A stretch of DNA of 60,591 bases. Origin: Parvibaculum sp. Lineage in GTDB: Bacteria > Pseudomonadota > Alphaproteobacteria > Parvibaculales > Parvibaculaceae. Positions 1-10,885 of the stretch are shown one piece after another. The notes beneath the pieces are model-generated. The model did no database searches. It was given only the letters and a program-made list of their open reading frames with translations, and was not told the origin of the DNA. The stretch lies in assembly GCA_014359855.1 (NCBI GenBank), contig JACIYQ010000244.1, positions 1 to 60,591 of the forward strand, in the 5' to 3' direction. The first letter of the stretch is position 1, and the number at the start of each line of letters is the position of its first letter. The position numbers and the translations under genes were made by a program.

Positions 1-112
1 CAAAACCAGTTTTCCCTTGAGAGCCGTGGAAGACGACCACGTTGATAGGCCAGGTGTGGAAGTGCGGCAACGCATGTAGCTTACTGGTACTAATCGCTCG
101 ATTGGCTTGATT
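1..112 (+). rRNA. rrl: 23S rRNA, 3' end (partial)
   Basis: Typical 23S terminal sequence (GAAGACGACCACGTTGATAGGCCAGGTGTGGAAG...TACTAATCGCTCGATTGGCTTGA) directly upstream of 5S; end approximate. Confidence 0.93.
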
Positions 113-207
113 ACTCTCATTTATCTCTGCTCATTCCGTGAGCGAAGATGGATGGCTCTAAAAGACCAAACAACAATCATTCGAACCCTGACGATATGTT
201 CTTCGCC

Positions 208-325
208 GGCCTGGTGGTTATAGCGAGGAGCCTACACCCGATCCCATCCCGAACTCGGCCGTTAAATTCCTCTGCGCCAATGGTACTATGTCTTAAGGCA
301 TGGAAGAGTAGGACGCTGCCAGGCC
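208..325 (+). rRNA. rrf: 5S rRNA
   Basis: GGCCTGGTGG...CACCCGATCCCATCCCGAACTCGGCCGTTAA...GAGTAGGACGCTGCCAGGCC; complementary ends, ~118 nt. Confidence 0.96.
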
Positions 326-452
326 TGCCAAGCACATATCGTTTATCCCTTCTTCCGATAGAGCCGTTCCGCGGCCATCCGCACACATCCTGACCTCTTT
401 GTCTCGATCGCGTGTGCGAGCGAAGCGAACGGTATCGGCACGACGAAATTGA

Positions 453-529
<77 letters not shown>

Positions 530-532
530 TGA

Positions 533-572
533 AAAGCGCCGCTAACTCAATCAGTTAGCGGCGTTTTGCTTT
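533..572 (+). terminator. hairpin/intrinsic terminator after tRNA
   Basis: CGCCGCTAACT-CAATC-AGTTAGCGGCG followed by TTTTGCTTT. Confidence 0.8.
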
Positions 573-790
573 ATGCCTTCGCGCTCTGCGCTGCCCCTCA
601 GCTACCATATAGCTACCACCCGAAATCGCATTCGGGCGTACATCGCGGCTAGGAAAGCCGGCTTGCGCCAGTTTCGATTCGCCTTCGAGCAACGGCGGGT
701 GCAGCCGAACTCGGCTACGCGTTCCAGTGTAAGCGTCCGATGAAGGACGCTTGGCGGTTACCGTGGGCGGATTGGCGCCATGCAATCCTG

Positions 791-1395
791 TCAGCCCAAA
801 CGGGCAGTCGACAGCCGCGGAATCCACCGCACATAGACAAGCTCGCTAATGAGCTCGATCATTGTCTGGGTGACGACAACGGCAGGCACAAGCGGCACCC
901 CGCCCGGCACCGCGAAGGCGAGCGGGAGGATCACGAGTGAGTTGCGCGTGGCGGCGCTGAATGCCACGGCCCGCATGCCGCCAACGTCGAGGCGGCCGGT
1001 GCGGGCGACGAGCCAGCCGAACACCGGCGCGACAACGGCATAGGCCAAGTAGATTGGCGCTGCGGTCAGCGCCGCGCCCGCAGCCTGTTCGATCTGCGGC
1101 ATGACGGCAGCCAGGACAAGGAAGAGGACGAGGGCCGTTGCCGGCACCGGCAGCAGGCCAAGCGCCATCGATGCACGCTTGCCTGCAGCGGTACGAGCCG
1201 CGCAGAGCTGTAGCGTGCCGCGAGCAGCAGCGGAGCGGCAATCAGCCACAAAAAGGCGCTGATGAAGGGCTCCGGATGGACGAGATCGGAGGCGCCGCTG
1301 CCGAGCAGCAGGTGCAGATAGACGGGCAGCAGCGCCATCTGCAGCACCAGAAGCGCTGGAGTCGCTGCCAGAAGAAGTCTGGCTGCGCTTGATTG
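791..1395 (-). pseudogene. Acr3/bile-acid:sodium symporter-like (arsenic resistance) membrane protein remnant, 5' truncated and frameshifted
   Basis: Hydrophobic sequence split over ORFs 1066..1404 (LLVLQMALLPVYL...PFISAFLWLIAAPLLLA) and 791..1249 (AFSAATRNSLVILPLA...VVVTQTMIELI). Confidence 0.75.
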
Positions 1396-1435
1396 CGACA
1401 TCAAGCCCGAAGCCTCCCGAATTCGAGATGCGCGC

Positions 1436-1804
1436 CTATATCAAGCCGAGTTCCAGCTTGGCCGCATCCGTCATCATCGATTGATCCCAAGGAGGATCGA
1501 AGACCAGATTGACTTTCACGCTTTGCACGCCGTCGACGGCGCTTACTGCATTTTTTGCCCAGGCCATCATTTCGCCGGCGACCGGGCAGCCCGGAGCGGT
1601 CAACGTCATGTCGATTTCGACCGCGCCGAAATCCCGAATGTCGATCCTGTAGATGAGGCCGAGATCAAAAATGTTCAGCGGAATTTCCGGGTCATACACG
1701 GTCCGTAGCGCGGCGGCGACATCGTCCGCCACGGCGCTGCGGTCGGGGGTAGCGGCGGAATGGACCATCGCCATGGCAGGACTGCGGTCGAAAAAGTAGG
1801 TCAT
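1436..1804 (-). CDS. sufT: SUF Fe-S assembly protein SufT (DUF59/PaaD-like)
   Basis: ALRTVYDPEIPLNIFDLGLIY...MTLTAPGCPVAG...VFDPPW; start overlaps sufU stop (ATGA). Confidence 0.85.
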   Translation of the reverse strand: MTYFFDRSPAMAMVHSAATPDRSAVADDVAAALRTVYDPEIPLNIFDLGLIYRIDIRDFGAVEIDMTLTAPGCPVAGEMMAWAKNAVSAVDGVQSVKVNLVFDPPWDQSMMTDAAKLELGLI

Positions 1805-2265
1805 GCTGCGCTGCCCCCTCCTGCCTCTCGGGCACAAGCATCCTCGAACGTATGCCAGGCGAGCGTCGCGCATTTGACGCGCATGGGAAACTGACTGACG
1901 CCCGACATGACCGCGATGCGTTCCATGTCCTCCTCGTCCGCATGCTCGTTCGCCGGCTCGCCCTTGGCGAGATGATAGAAGGCGGCGGCGAGTGAATGTG
2001 CCTCCGTGACTGTCTTGCCCAGAATGAGATCGGTCATCATGGAGGCGGAGGCGATCGAGATCGCGCAGCCCTTGCCCTCGAAGGCGACATCGTCGATCCG
2101 TCCCGATGGATCGACGCGCAGAAAGAGATGTATCCGGTCTCCGCAGAGAGGATTGTGCCCCTGCGCCTCATGGTTCGCATTGGGCAAGGTACCGAAATGA
2201 CGCGGGTTGCGTCCGTGGTCGAGGATCACCTCCTGATAGAGATCGCGCAGGTCGGGATCGATCAT
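1801..2265 (-). CDS. sufU: SufU-type (NifU-N/IscU family) sulfur-transfer/scaffold protein
   Basis: LYQEVILDH, NPLCGD, GCAISIASASMM, RVKCATLAW. Confidence 0.9.
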   Translation of the reverse strand: MIDPDLRDLYQEVILDHGRNPRHFGTLPNANHEAQGHNPLCGDRIHLFLRVDPSGRIDDVAFEGKGCAISIASASMMTDLILGKTVTEAHSLAAAFYHLAKGEPANEHADEEDMERIAVMSGVSQFPMRVKCATLAWHTFEDACAREAGGGSAA

Positions 2266-3500
2266 CGGAAAAACTCCAGCACCCTGGCGACGCCCCGGAC
2301 GAGCGCCTCCACCTCCTCATGCGTGTTGTAGAGCGCGAAGGACGCCCGCGTGGAAGCCGGGATGCCGAGCCTTTCCATCAGCGGCTGCGCGCAGTGGGTT
2401 CCGGCGCGAACGGCTATGCCAAGGCGGTCGAGGACCGTCGACACGTCATGGGGATGCGCACCTTCGATATTGAAGGTGACGATGGGGCCCTTGTCCGGCG
2501 CGCGGCCGAAGAGGCTGACGCCATCGAGCTTCCCGAGTTCCTCCGTCGCATGGGCGAGAAGTGCTGCTTCGTGGGAAGCGATTGCGGCCTGATCGAGAGC
2601 GCCCAGATAATCGAGTGCCGCGCCGAGGCCGATCGCTTCGACGATGGGCGGCGTTCCGGCTTCGAATCTGTGCGGAGGAGCGGCGTAGGTGACCGTCTCC
2701 CTGGTGACGGTCTCGATCATTTCGCCGCCGCCCTGATAGGGGCGCATCTCCTTCAAATGCTCGATCTTCCCATAAAGGAAGCCGATGCCCGAAGGGCCGT
2801 AAAGCTTGTGACCGGTCGTCACGTAGAAATCGCAATCGAGCGCCTGCACGTCAAGCGCCGCATGAACAGCGCCCTGGCAGCCGTCGACGAGAACCTTTGC
2901 GCCCGCGGCATGCGCCAGCCGGACAATCTCCGCGACGGGTGTCAGGGTGCCGAGCACGTTCGACATATGCGTGACGGCGACGAGCTTTGTTTTCGGCGAC
3001 AGGAGCTTTTCGAAAGCGTCGAGATCGAACGCGTCCTCGTCGGTGATCGGCGCCCATTTCAGTACCGCGCCGTTGCGCTCCCGCAGAAAGTGCCACGGCA
3101 CGATATTGGAATGATGCTCCATCTCCGAGAGGATGATTTCGGCGCCCGGGCCGATTTCGCCGCCGAGATTCGATGCGACGAGATTGATCGCTTCGGTGCC
3201 GCCTTTCGTGAAGACTATCTCGTCGCTCGACCGCGCATTGACGAAGCGGCGGGCACTCTCTCTCGCCTCTTCGAAGGCGTTCGTCGTGGCATTCGACAGA
3301 TAATGGAGACCGCGGTGAACATTGGCGTATTCACTTTCCATCGTCTTGCGCATGAGGTCGATGACCGCGCGAGGCTTCTGCGCCGAGGCGCCATTGTCGA
3401 GATAGACGAGCGGTTTCCCGTGAACCTCGCGCGAGAGAATGGGAAAATCCGCACGCAGGGCCATGACATCGAAGGCGGGCGCCGGGCTCGCCTGAAGCAT
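2262..3500 (-). CDS. sufS: cysteine desulfurase SufS
   Basis: YLDNGASAQKP, TGHKLYGPSGIG, RAGTHCAQP; start approximate. Confidence 0.93.
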   Translation of the reverse strand: MLQASPAPAFDVMALRADFPILSREVHGKPLVYLDNGASAQKPRAVIDLMRKTMESEYANVHRGLHYLSNATTNAFEEARESARRFVNARSSDEIVFTKGGTEAINLVASNLGGEIGPGAEIILSEMEHHSNIVPWHFLRERNGAVLKWAPITDEDAFDLDAFEKLLSPKTKLVAVTHMSNVLGTLTPVAEIVRLAHAAGAKVLVDGCQGAVHAALDVQALDCDFYVTTGHKLYGPSGIGFLYGKIEHLKEMRPYQGGGEMIETVTRETVTYAAPPHRFEAGTPPIVEAIGLGAALDYLGALDQAAIASHEAALLAHATEELGKLDGVSLFGRAPDKGPIVTFNIEGAHPHDVSTVLDRLGIAVRAGTHCAQPLMERLGIPASTRASFALYNTHEEVEALVRGVARVLEFFR

Positions 3501-3504
3501 CAGC

Positions 3505-4782
3505 TTATTCGACACTCGACACCTCGCTCGCATGGGACGAAAGCCAGTCCTGTACCGCATCCGTTGCAAGCCCGCGCAGATGATCGTTCTCGATCATGGC
3601 GAGGGATTCGCTGAAGAAGGCTTCGATGAGGATCGAGAGAGCCTCGGCTTCCGGAATGCCGCGAGCACGCAGGAAGAAGAGGGCGTCGGCGTCGAGTTCA
3701 CCGATCGTTGCGCCATGGGCGCATTTCACATCGTCGGCGAAAATCTCAAGCTCCGGCTTGGTCGCGGCCTCGGCACGATGCGACAGGAGGAGCGCCCGGC
3801 TCATCTGGCGGGCGTCGGTTCCCTGTGCGTCGGGTGCCACCCGGATGCAGCCCTGATAGGCACCGCGCGCCCGTCCGCTCAGAACGCCGCGAAAGGATTG
3901 CTGGCTCGTCGTATGCGGCACCGCGTGGGTGATGATCGTTGTGTTGTCGCAATGACGCGTTCCCGTCGCGAGGGAGGCGCCCTCGATGTCTGCTTGCGCC
4001 TCTTCGCCTGCAAGCTTCAGGAGCGCTTCGTGGCGCGAGAAGTGTCCACCTTCGGAGAGGTAGAAGGCGCGGTACCGAGCGGAAGCACCGATCTCGCCTA
4101 GGGTCATGGCCGATTGTCGACCGGAGGAGCCTAGCCGCTCGAGACGGACATGCGTGAGCTCCGAATTTTTTGCGAGCCGCACTTCGGTGACGATGGTTGC
4201 AAAGCTCGGCGAGCCGCCATGCGTTTCAACGAGCGTCGCCTTGGCGCCTTCCTCAAGCAGAATAAGGACGCGCAGGTGACGCCCGCCGATCGTATCTGCT
4301 TGCCAGTCGAAGCGCAGATGAAGCGGCTGTTCGAGAGTGGTGCCTGCGGGAACGCGAAGGACGATGCCTTCCTCCATCAGGGCCGTATTGAGGCTCAGAA
4401 GCGGATGGTCGTCCTGGGGGTTCACGCCCCCGATATGGCCGACGAAAGGCGAGGCCGGGTCGGCAAGTATCTGGCGTAAGGGCAGGGCGCCCGCTTCGCG
4501 GAAACTTGACTGCGTTTCGTCGAGGATGCCGTTTTCGAAAATCGCCGAGTAGGCGCCCGGCATGTCATGGCATGTCGGGAGAGACCCCGTCTCCCGCACC
4601 GTCTCGCTCAAGGCCCGCGCGAGGTCCGAATATCTCCAAGCTTCAAGGCGTCGGTTGGGAAGGCCCAGCGCGGCGAATTCGGCACGGCTCCTGTCTCTCA
4701 GTGCTTCAGCCCAGTCGGCGGCACCGGTGTTGCGGCCGGTCGCGGTTTCAAGAAGGCTGCCGGTGGAGATTGCGTCGCCCAT
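3505..4782 (-). CDS. sufD: Fe-S assembly protein SufD
   Basis: LPNRRLEAWRYS, KPELEIFADDVKCAHGAT. Confidence 0.92.
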   Translation of the reverse strand: MGDAISTGSLLETATGRNTGAADWAEALRDRSRAEFAALGLPNRRLEAWRYSDLARALSETVRETGSLPTCHDMPGAYSAIFENGILDETQSSFREAGALPLRQILADPASPFVGHIGGVNPQDDHPLLSLNTALMEEGIVLRVPAGTTLEQPLHLRFDWQADTIGGRHLRVLILLEEGAKATLVETHGGSPSFATIVTEVRLAKNSELTHVRLERLGSSGRQSAMTLGEIGASARYRAFYLSEGGHFSRHEALLKLAGEEAQADIEGASLATGTRHCDNTTIITHAVPHTTSQQSFRGVLSGRARGAYQGCIRVAPDAQGTDARQMSRALLLSHRAEAATKPELEIFADDVKCAHGATIGELDADALFFLRARGIPEAEALSILIEAFFSESLAMIENDHLRGLATDAVQDWLSSHASEVSSVE

Positions 4783-4789
4783 GATGCCC

Positions 4790-5539
4790 TCACGCTACCT
4801 TGCCGATGACGGCGTCGTAACCCTGTTCTTCGAGTTGAAGCGCCAGCGACTTGTCGCCGGATTTGACGATGCGCCCGCCCGCCAGAATATGGATGTGATC
4901 CGGAACGATATAATCGAGCAGGCGCTGGTAATGCGTGATGACGAGAAAGGAGCGATCGGGCGCGCGCAGCGCGTTCACACCTTCCGCCACGAGTTTCATC
5001 GCGTCGATGTCGAGCCCGGAATCCGTTTCGTCGAGAATGGCGAGAGAGGGTTTCAGCAGCGCCATCTGCAAGACCTCATTGCGCTTCTTTTCACCGCCCG
5101 AAAAACCGACATTGAGCGACCGCTTCAGCATCTCTTCGGAAATGTTGAGTCCCTTGGCGGTTTCGCGGATGAGCTTCAGGAACTGGACGGCGTCGAGCTC
5201 CTTCTCGCCGCGCAACCGCGCCTGCGCATTGACGGCCGATTTCAGGAAAGTCAGCGTCGAGACGCCGGGAATTTCGAGTGGATATTGAAAGGCGAGAAAG
5301 ATGCCCTTCGCGGCTCGCTCCTCGGGCGGCAGGGGCACCATGTCCTCGCCCTTGAAGCGAATGGAGCCCTGGGTGACGTCGTAGCCGTCCCGTCCCGCCA
5401 GCGTATAGGAGGTCGTCGACTTTCCCGCGCCGTTCGGTCCCATGATGGCGTGAACCTCGCCCGGCGGAACGGTGAGCGACAGGCCTTTCAGGATATCCTT
5501 GCCATGGACGCTGACATGAAGATCGTTGATCTCAAGCAT
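4790..5539 (-). CDS. sufC: Fe-S assembly ATPase SufC
   Basis: GPNGAGKST, FSGGEKKR, LDETDSGLDIDA, ITHYQRLL. Confidence 0.95.
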   Translation of the reverse strand: MLEINDLHVSVHGKDILKGLSLTVPPGEVHAIMGPNGAGKSTTSYTLAGRDGYDVTQGSIRFKGEDMVPLPPEERAAKGIFLAFQYPLEIPGVSTLTFLKSAVNAQARLRGEKELDAVQFLKLIRETAKGLNISEEMLKRSLNVGFSGGEKKRNEVLQMALLKPSLAILDETDSGLDIDAMKLVAEGVNALRAPDRSFLVITHYQRLLDYIVPDHIHILAGGRIVKSGDKSLALQLEEQGYDAVIGKVA

Positions 5540-5540
5540 A

Positions 5541-6989
<1,449 letters not shown>

Positions 6990-7191
6990 GTCAGATTCCC
7001 GACGTTGAACTCGAAAGAACACGGATAGTGACGGGATTGTCGGGTCTCGCCGTCGCGGTAACGGCTGGTCTCCGATCCGCCATCTCTCGGAATGCGGCTC
7101 TCTTCCGCCCCATCGCCTCGAATTCCGCCACATCCGCCACGATTACCCCGCTCTCTGCGATAGGGTGTTCGACTGTCGCCAGATGGTCCGT

Positions 7192-7207
7192 TGCAAGCGC
7201 GATGCCA
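7192..7207 (-). promoter_or_regulatory. sigma-54 -24/-12 promoter upstream of suf operon
   Basis: Minus strand TGGCATCGCGCTTGCA (GG-N10-GC). Confidence 0.7.
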
Positions 7208-7266
7208 TCTCGGCATGCGCATGCCCGGTTCGAATTCGTGCGAGATGTGAAGCGGCAGAAGATGCT

Positions 7267-7791
7267 TCAGCGTGCGCCGTCGGCCAATGCGGCGATGAGG
7301 GGCCAGCCGACAAGGCCCGCCGGGTCCAGCCGCTTCAAGGCGTCGAGCATTTGAAGAGCGATGCCGGGCCGGTTCTGGCGGAGGTGGATGAAGGCGAGCG
7401 CCTTCAATGTATAAAGGGCGAAGCGGCCGGCTCCTTCGTGGAGGCCGTCGCCCGCGCGCCATAGCCGCCAGTCGGCGGGCCAGCCAGCCTGTCTCGCCGT
7501 TTCCTTCAATCCGCTTTCGGCCGCCGCCTGCGCTTCGTCCAGATTTCCCTGGTAGGTGTGAATCTTGTAGAGACAGAAATAGATCGGAAGCGTGGTTGGC
7601 GCCGCGGCGCGTGCCTGGCGAAAGAGCTGATCCGCGCGAGCAGGGTCGCGCCTGTAGGCGCCGACGCCTTGCTGGAGCAGGGCATCGATGGCGTCGGGAA
7701 TGTCCCCGAAACCGATGACGTCGGGCTCCGAAGGAAAGTCGATCGTGAGCAATTCAGAAAATCCGCGCGGAAAATTACGATCGGGTCTCAT
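7267..7791 (-). CDS. nif-associated helical (TPR-like) hypothetical protein
   Basis: 174 aa; visibly paralogous to 38598..39140; start overlaps upstream gene stop. Confidence 0.7.
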   Translation of the reverse strand: MRPDRNFPRGFSELLTIDFPSEPDVIGFGDIPDAIDALLQQGVGAYRRDPARADQLFRQARAAAPTTLPIYFCLYKIHTYQGNLDEAQAAAESGLKETARQAGWPADWRLWRAGDGLHEGAGRFALYTLKALAFIHLRQNRPGIALQMLDALKRLDPAGLVGWPLIAALADGAR

Positions 7792-8651
7792 TTCACCAGA
7801 TAGGGCGTATGCCTCGCTTCGAGCGCGGCATTCATCTGGTTGATGGATACAGCCTTCGCGACCGCTTTGGCGATGTTGGAAGCCCTGCTTTCGATCCCCG
7901 TCCAGGAGGCCCTTCGCCTGCGTGGATCGATCTCAAGCAGTTTGACGCCGGCCGGCACTTCCGTCCCATCGCGGACGACGCCGCGCAACGCGCCGTCGAA
8001 AGGTGCCCGGATGGGCGTGCCGTCGAGATGCCCGGTGACGAAGTCCTTGAATATCCGGGTGCCGATCTCGACGGCGGTGTGCCATCTGCCGCGTTCAGCC
8101 GAATAGATGAATCGCTCCGCACCATGATGTCCCAGACGGCGGACCTGACCGTCCCCCCGGTCGGTAGGCCCCCGCCGGATGATCCGGCCTGCCTTCGCGG
8201 GTCTTGTCTCGATGGCGAACTCGCAATTGTCGCCCGCGGAGAAGCCGGGCCCAAGGCCGATGGTGAAGCGGGCGAGCCGGCGCAGATCGGACGTCTCCTG
8301 ATATTTCTGCATGCGCGCATCGACCAGAACGTCGATCGTTCGAAGAACGATCAAATCGAGAAGACCGAGCGTCGTGACGACGACGCCCTCCGCTCGCGCC
8401 AGCTCCGAAAGAATCTCGATCCCGCTGTCGGCGCGTCGCGCAGAAACGTCTTCCAATATGGCCAGATCGTCGAACAGCGCGTCGTGAAACGACATCTTGC
8501 GCCGGATTACCGGCGATATCTGATCGTGCGACATCACCACGGCATGCCCGCCGCGATGAAGATGCACGGCTACGGCCGAGGCGATCTCATTGGTACCGAG
8601 GATCACGGCAAATGGACGGGTGGCCCAGCCGGAACGTTGCGGGTCTCTCAT
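7788..8651 (-). CDS. YqeB-like molybdenum hydroxylase accessory protein
   Basis: VILGTNEIASAVAVHLHRGG...PVIRRKMSF, LVDARMQK, TIGLGPGFSAG, IETR, lipoyl-like C-terminus ending EIDPR. Confidence 0.75.
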   Translation of the reverse strand: MRDPQRSGWATRPFAVILGTNEIASAVAVHLHRGGHAVVMSHDQISPVIRRKMSFHDALFDDLAILEDVSARRADSGIEILSELARAEGVVVTTLGLLDLIVLRTIDVLVDARMQKYQETSDLRRLARFTIGLGPGFSAGDNCEFAIETRPAKAGRIIRRGPTDRGDGQVRRLGHHGAERFIYSAERGRWHTAVEIGTRIFKDFVTGHLDGTPIRAPFDGALRGVVRDGTEVPAGVKLLEIDPRRRRASWTGIESRASNIAKAVAKAVSINQMNAALEARHTPYLVK

Positions 8652-8679
8652 GAGGGTCCTTCCTTGCGATCGCTTCGGA

Positions 8680-8695
8680 AGCAAAAGCCGCACCG
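8680..8695 (-). promoter_or_regulatory. sigma-54 promoter for YqeB-like gene
   Basis: Minus strand CGGTGCGGCTTTTGCT. Confidence 0.55.
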
Positions 8696-8808
8696 CGACG
8701 GATGACGCTGCAAATGTCGAACCGCGTGAGGTTTTTCAAAGAGAATGTGGCATTTCCGACTCGACCGAGCCCGACACACGTCGTATCCACAACAGGGCCG
8801 AGTGCCGA

Positions 8809-8824
8809 TGTCGGCTTTCCGACA
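8809..8824. promoter_or_regulatory. NifA upstream activator sequence
   Basis: TGTCGGCTTTCCGACA (TGT-N10-ACA) between divergent sigma-54 motifs. Confidence 0.7.
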
Positions 8825-8854
8825 ACGGCGAGCGCGCATTGCGGGTCCGGGAAC

Positions 8855-8870
8855 TGGTGCCGAGTTTGCA
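8855..8870 (+). promoter_or_regulatory. sigma-54 promoter for bolA-grxD
   Basis: TGGTGCCGAGTTTGCA. Confidence 0.6.
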
Positions 8871-8901
8871 TGAAGGTGGGCGAGGCAACAGGAGCAACGC
8901 C

Positions 8902-9135
8902 ATGGCCATGACCGGATTGGAGATCGAGCGTCTCATCAGGGAAAGATTTCCGGATGCCAGGATCGATGTCGTCGATCTTGCGGGCGATGGCGATCATTTC
9001 TCCGCCAGCGTGGTGTGCGAAGTGTTCCGTGGCAAGAGCCGCATTCAACAGCATCAGATGGTCTATGCAGCGCTTCAGGGACTGATGGGCGGCGTGCTTC
9101 ATGCGCTGGCGTTGCAGACATCCGCGCCGGAGTGA
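8902..9135 (+). CDS. bolA: BolA family protein
   Basis: DLAGDGDHF...FRGKSRIQQHQMVYAAL...LHALAL; RBS AGGAG. Confidence 0.9.
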   Translation: MAMTGLEIERLIRERFPDARIDVVDLAGDGDHFSASVVCEVFRGKSRIQQHQMVYAALQGLMGGVLHALALQTSAPE

Positions 9136-9213
9136 ATGGACCGGCCCTTGCATATGGTCCTGGAGTTTCACGCAACCAGTCTTCGGGTTTCACGCAAGCA
9201 GAAGGGGCGATTC

Positions 9214-9549
9214 ATGTCGAAGCCGGTATTCGAGCGCATTGGCGGCATTCTCTCGAGCGACGACGTTGTGCTCTTCATGAAGGGAACGCCGGCTGCGCCG
9301 AAATGCGGCTTCTCCGCTTCCGTCGTCGAGGTTCTGGCGCGTCTCGGTGTGGTTTATCGGGGCGTCGATGTGCTGGCCGATCTCGAGATTCGCGAAGGCA
9401 TCAAGGCCTTTTCGAACTGGCCGACGATTCCGCAGCTTTACATCAAGGGCGAATTCATCGGCGGCGCGGACATCGTCGGCGAGATGTATCGGCTGGGCGA
9501 GCTTCCGGCCGTTCTGACCGACAAGGGCGTCGCCGTAACCGTGGCGTGA
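9214..9549 (+). CDS. grxD: monothiol glutaredoxin
   Basis: LFMKGTP...CGFS, WPTIPQLY, GGADI. Confidence 0.92.
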   Translation: MSKPVFERIGGILSSDDVVLFMKGTPAAPKCGFSASVVEVLARLGVVYRGVDVLADLEIREGIKAFSNWPTIPQLYIKGEFIGGADIVGEMYRLGELPAVLTDKGVAVTVA

Positions 9550-9569
9550 AGGGCGGGCATCCAGCGCCT

Positions 9570-9923
9570 TCAACCGGGTATGGTCTCGCTCGCTTCGATC
9601 TCGGTCGCAGCGCGCGGCCTCCGTTTCCACGCTTCGTAACCGCCGTCGAGGCTGAAGACGTTCTGGAAGCCGAAATCCGAGAATATCTGTGCATATTCCT
9701 GGCTGGCATAGCCATGAAAGCAATAGATGAGGATGGGGATTTTCTTCGAAAGGCTCTGAATTACTGCCGGCAGATTGTCGATCGAGACGTGCCGGGCGCC
9801 GCCGATCGCACCTTGCCGGAAGGAGACCTTGTCACGGACATCGAGCAGGAGCACATCGCCTTGCGCAAGCAGCACCTGCGCTTCCCCGGCATCGATACGC
9901 CGGTAGCTTGTATGCTCCTGCAT
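9570..9923 (-). CDS. single-domain rhodanese (GlpE-like sulfurtransferase)
   Basis: LLDVRD, IYCFHGYAS, SLDGGYEAW. Confidence 0.85.
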   Translation of the reverse strand: MQEHTSYRRIDAGEAQVLLAQGDVLLLDVRDKVSFRQGAIGGARHVSIDNLPAVIQSLSKKIPILIYCFHGYASQEYAQIFSDFGFQNVFSLDGGYEAWKRRPRAATEIEASETIPG

Positions 9924-9934
9924 GATTTCTACCC

Positions 9935-10384
9935 TCAAAAATGTTGGGCCGGTGCGGGGCACGCCGGCAAACCTGGAGTATCCTTGCGGCCGGCATGTAC
10001 GCAGGATTGCGGATCCGGCTCGTCTTCCCCGGCCGGAGAAAGGCCCAGCCAGGCGACGACATCCGGAGTGAAGCCGGCGCGTCGCCTTCCCCCCATTTCG
10101 AGGAGCGGGCGGCGGATCAGAAGCGGGTCGGCAAGCATCAGGGCGAGCGCCGCTTCGCTATCGGCGCGTTCGGGATCGACGCTGCCGGATTTCACGGTGG
10201 GCGCGGCGGGGTTGAACCAGTTCGTCACCGGCATATCGCCGAAATAGCTCAGCAATTCGCCGGCCGTCCACGCTTCCGTGAGCAGGTTCCTGACGAGCAG
10301 GACGTGGCCGGCGGCTTCAAGCAGACGCCGCTGCCGCGCATTCGTCCTGCATCCGGGTTTCTCGTAGAAAACGACGGTCGCCAA
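9935..10384 (-). CDS. ArsC-like nitrogenase-associated protein (NifO type)
   Basis: FYEKPGCRTNARQ, WFNPAAP, DPLLIRRPL; TTG start with GGAG RBS. Confidence 0.85.
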   Translation of the reverse strand: MATVVFYEKPGCRTNARQRRLLEAAGHVLLVRNLLTEAWTAGELLSYFGDMPVTNWFNPAAPTVKSGSVDPERADSEAALALMLADPLLIRRPLLEMGGRRRAGFTPDVVAWLGLSPAGEDEPDPQSCVHAGRKDTPGLPACPAPAQHF

Positions 10385-10393
10385 GGTGCTCTC

Positions 10394-10828
10394 CTATTTG
10401 AGAAGGCCGAGCTGAACGATCGGTGCGGCGCCGCCGCGGCCGAGGATCGTGTCGACCTTCTTTCGCACGGTCTCCAGCGTCAACGGCTTCACCAGCGCGC
10501 CATGCGCGCCGGCTTTCATGCCTTCGATCGCAACGGCTTCGTCGGCCTTGTCGCAGACGATGAGGACACGCGCATCGGGAAACCGCCCCGTCAGCTCACC
10601 GACAAGCCCTGAGCCCCTCTCTGCAAGAAAGGAGACGCCGAGCAGCACGAGATGCGGCTTGAGCCAGCCGGCACCCTTGTCATAGGCCTCTTCGGGGCTT
10701 GCGAGTTCATGGGTCTCGATCTCGTCATGCAGCATGAACTGGAGCGCTGCGCGCGTGATTTCGTCATTGTCGACGACGAACACGCGCCGCTGATCGACAG
10801 CCTTGGAAGTCTCAACGCCAATCTGCAT
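10394..10828 (-). CDS. atypical single-domain response regulator
   Basis: VFVVDNDEITRAALQFML...ALVKPLT; LVLLG where LVLLD is expected. Confidence 0.8.
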   Translation of the reverse strand: MQIGVETSKAVDQRRVFVVDNDEITRAALQFMLHDEIETHELASPEEAYDKGAGWLKPHLVLLGVSFLAERGSGLVGELTGRFPDARVLIVCDKADEAVAIEGMKAGAHGALVKPLTLETVRKKVDTILGRGGAAPIVQLGLLK

Positions 10829-10885
10829 TTCGTCCTCGCCAGAAATGTTCCGAACGTCGTCCGCCGCAACGGTCGAAGGTGGTCT

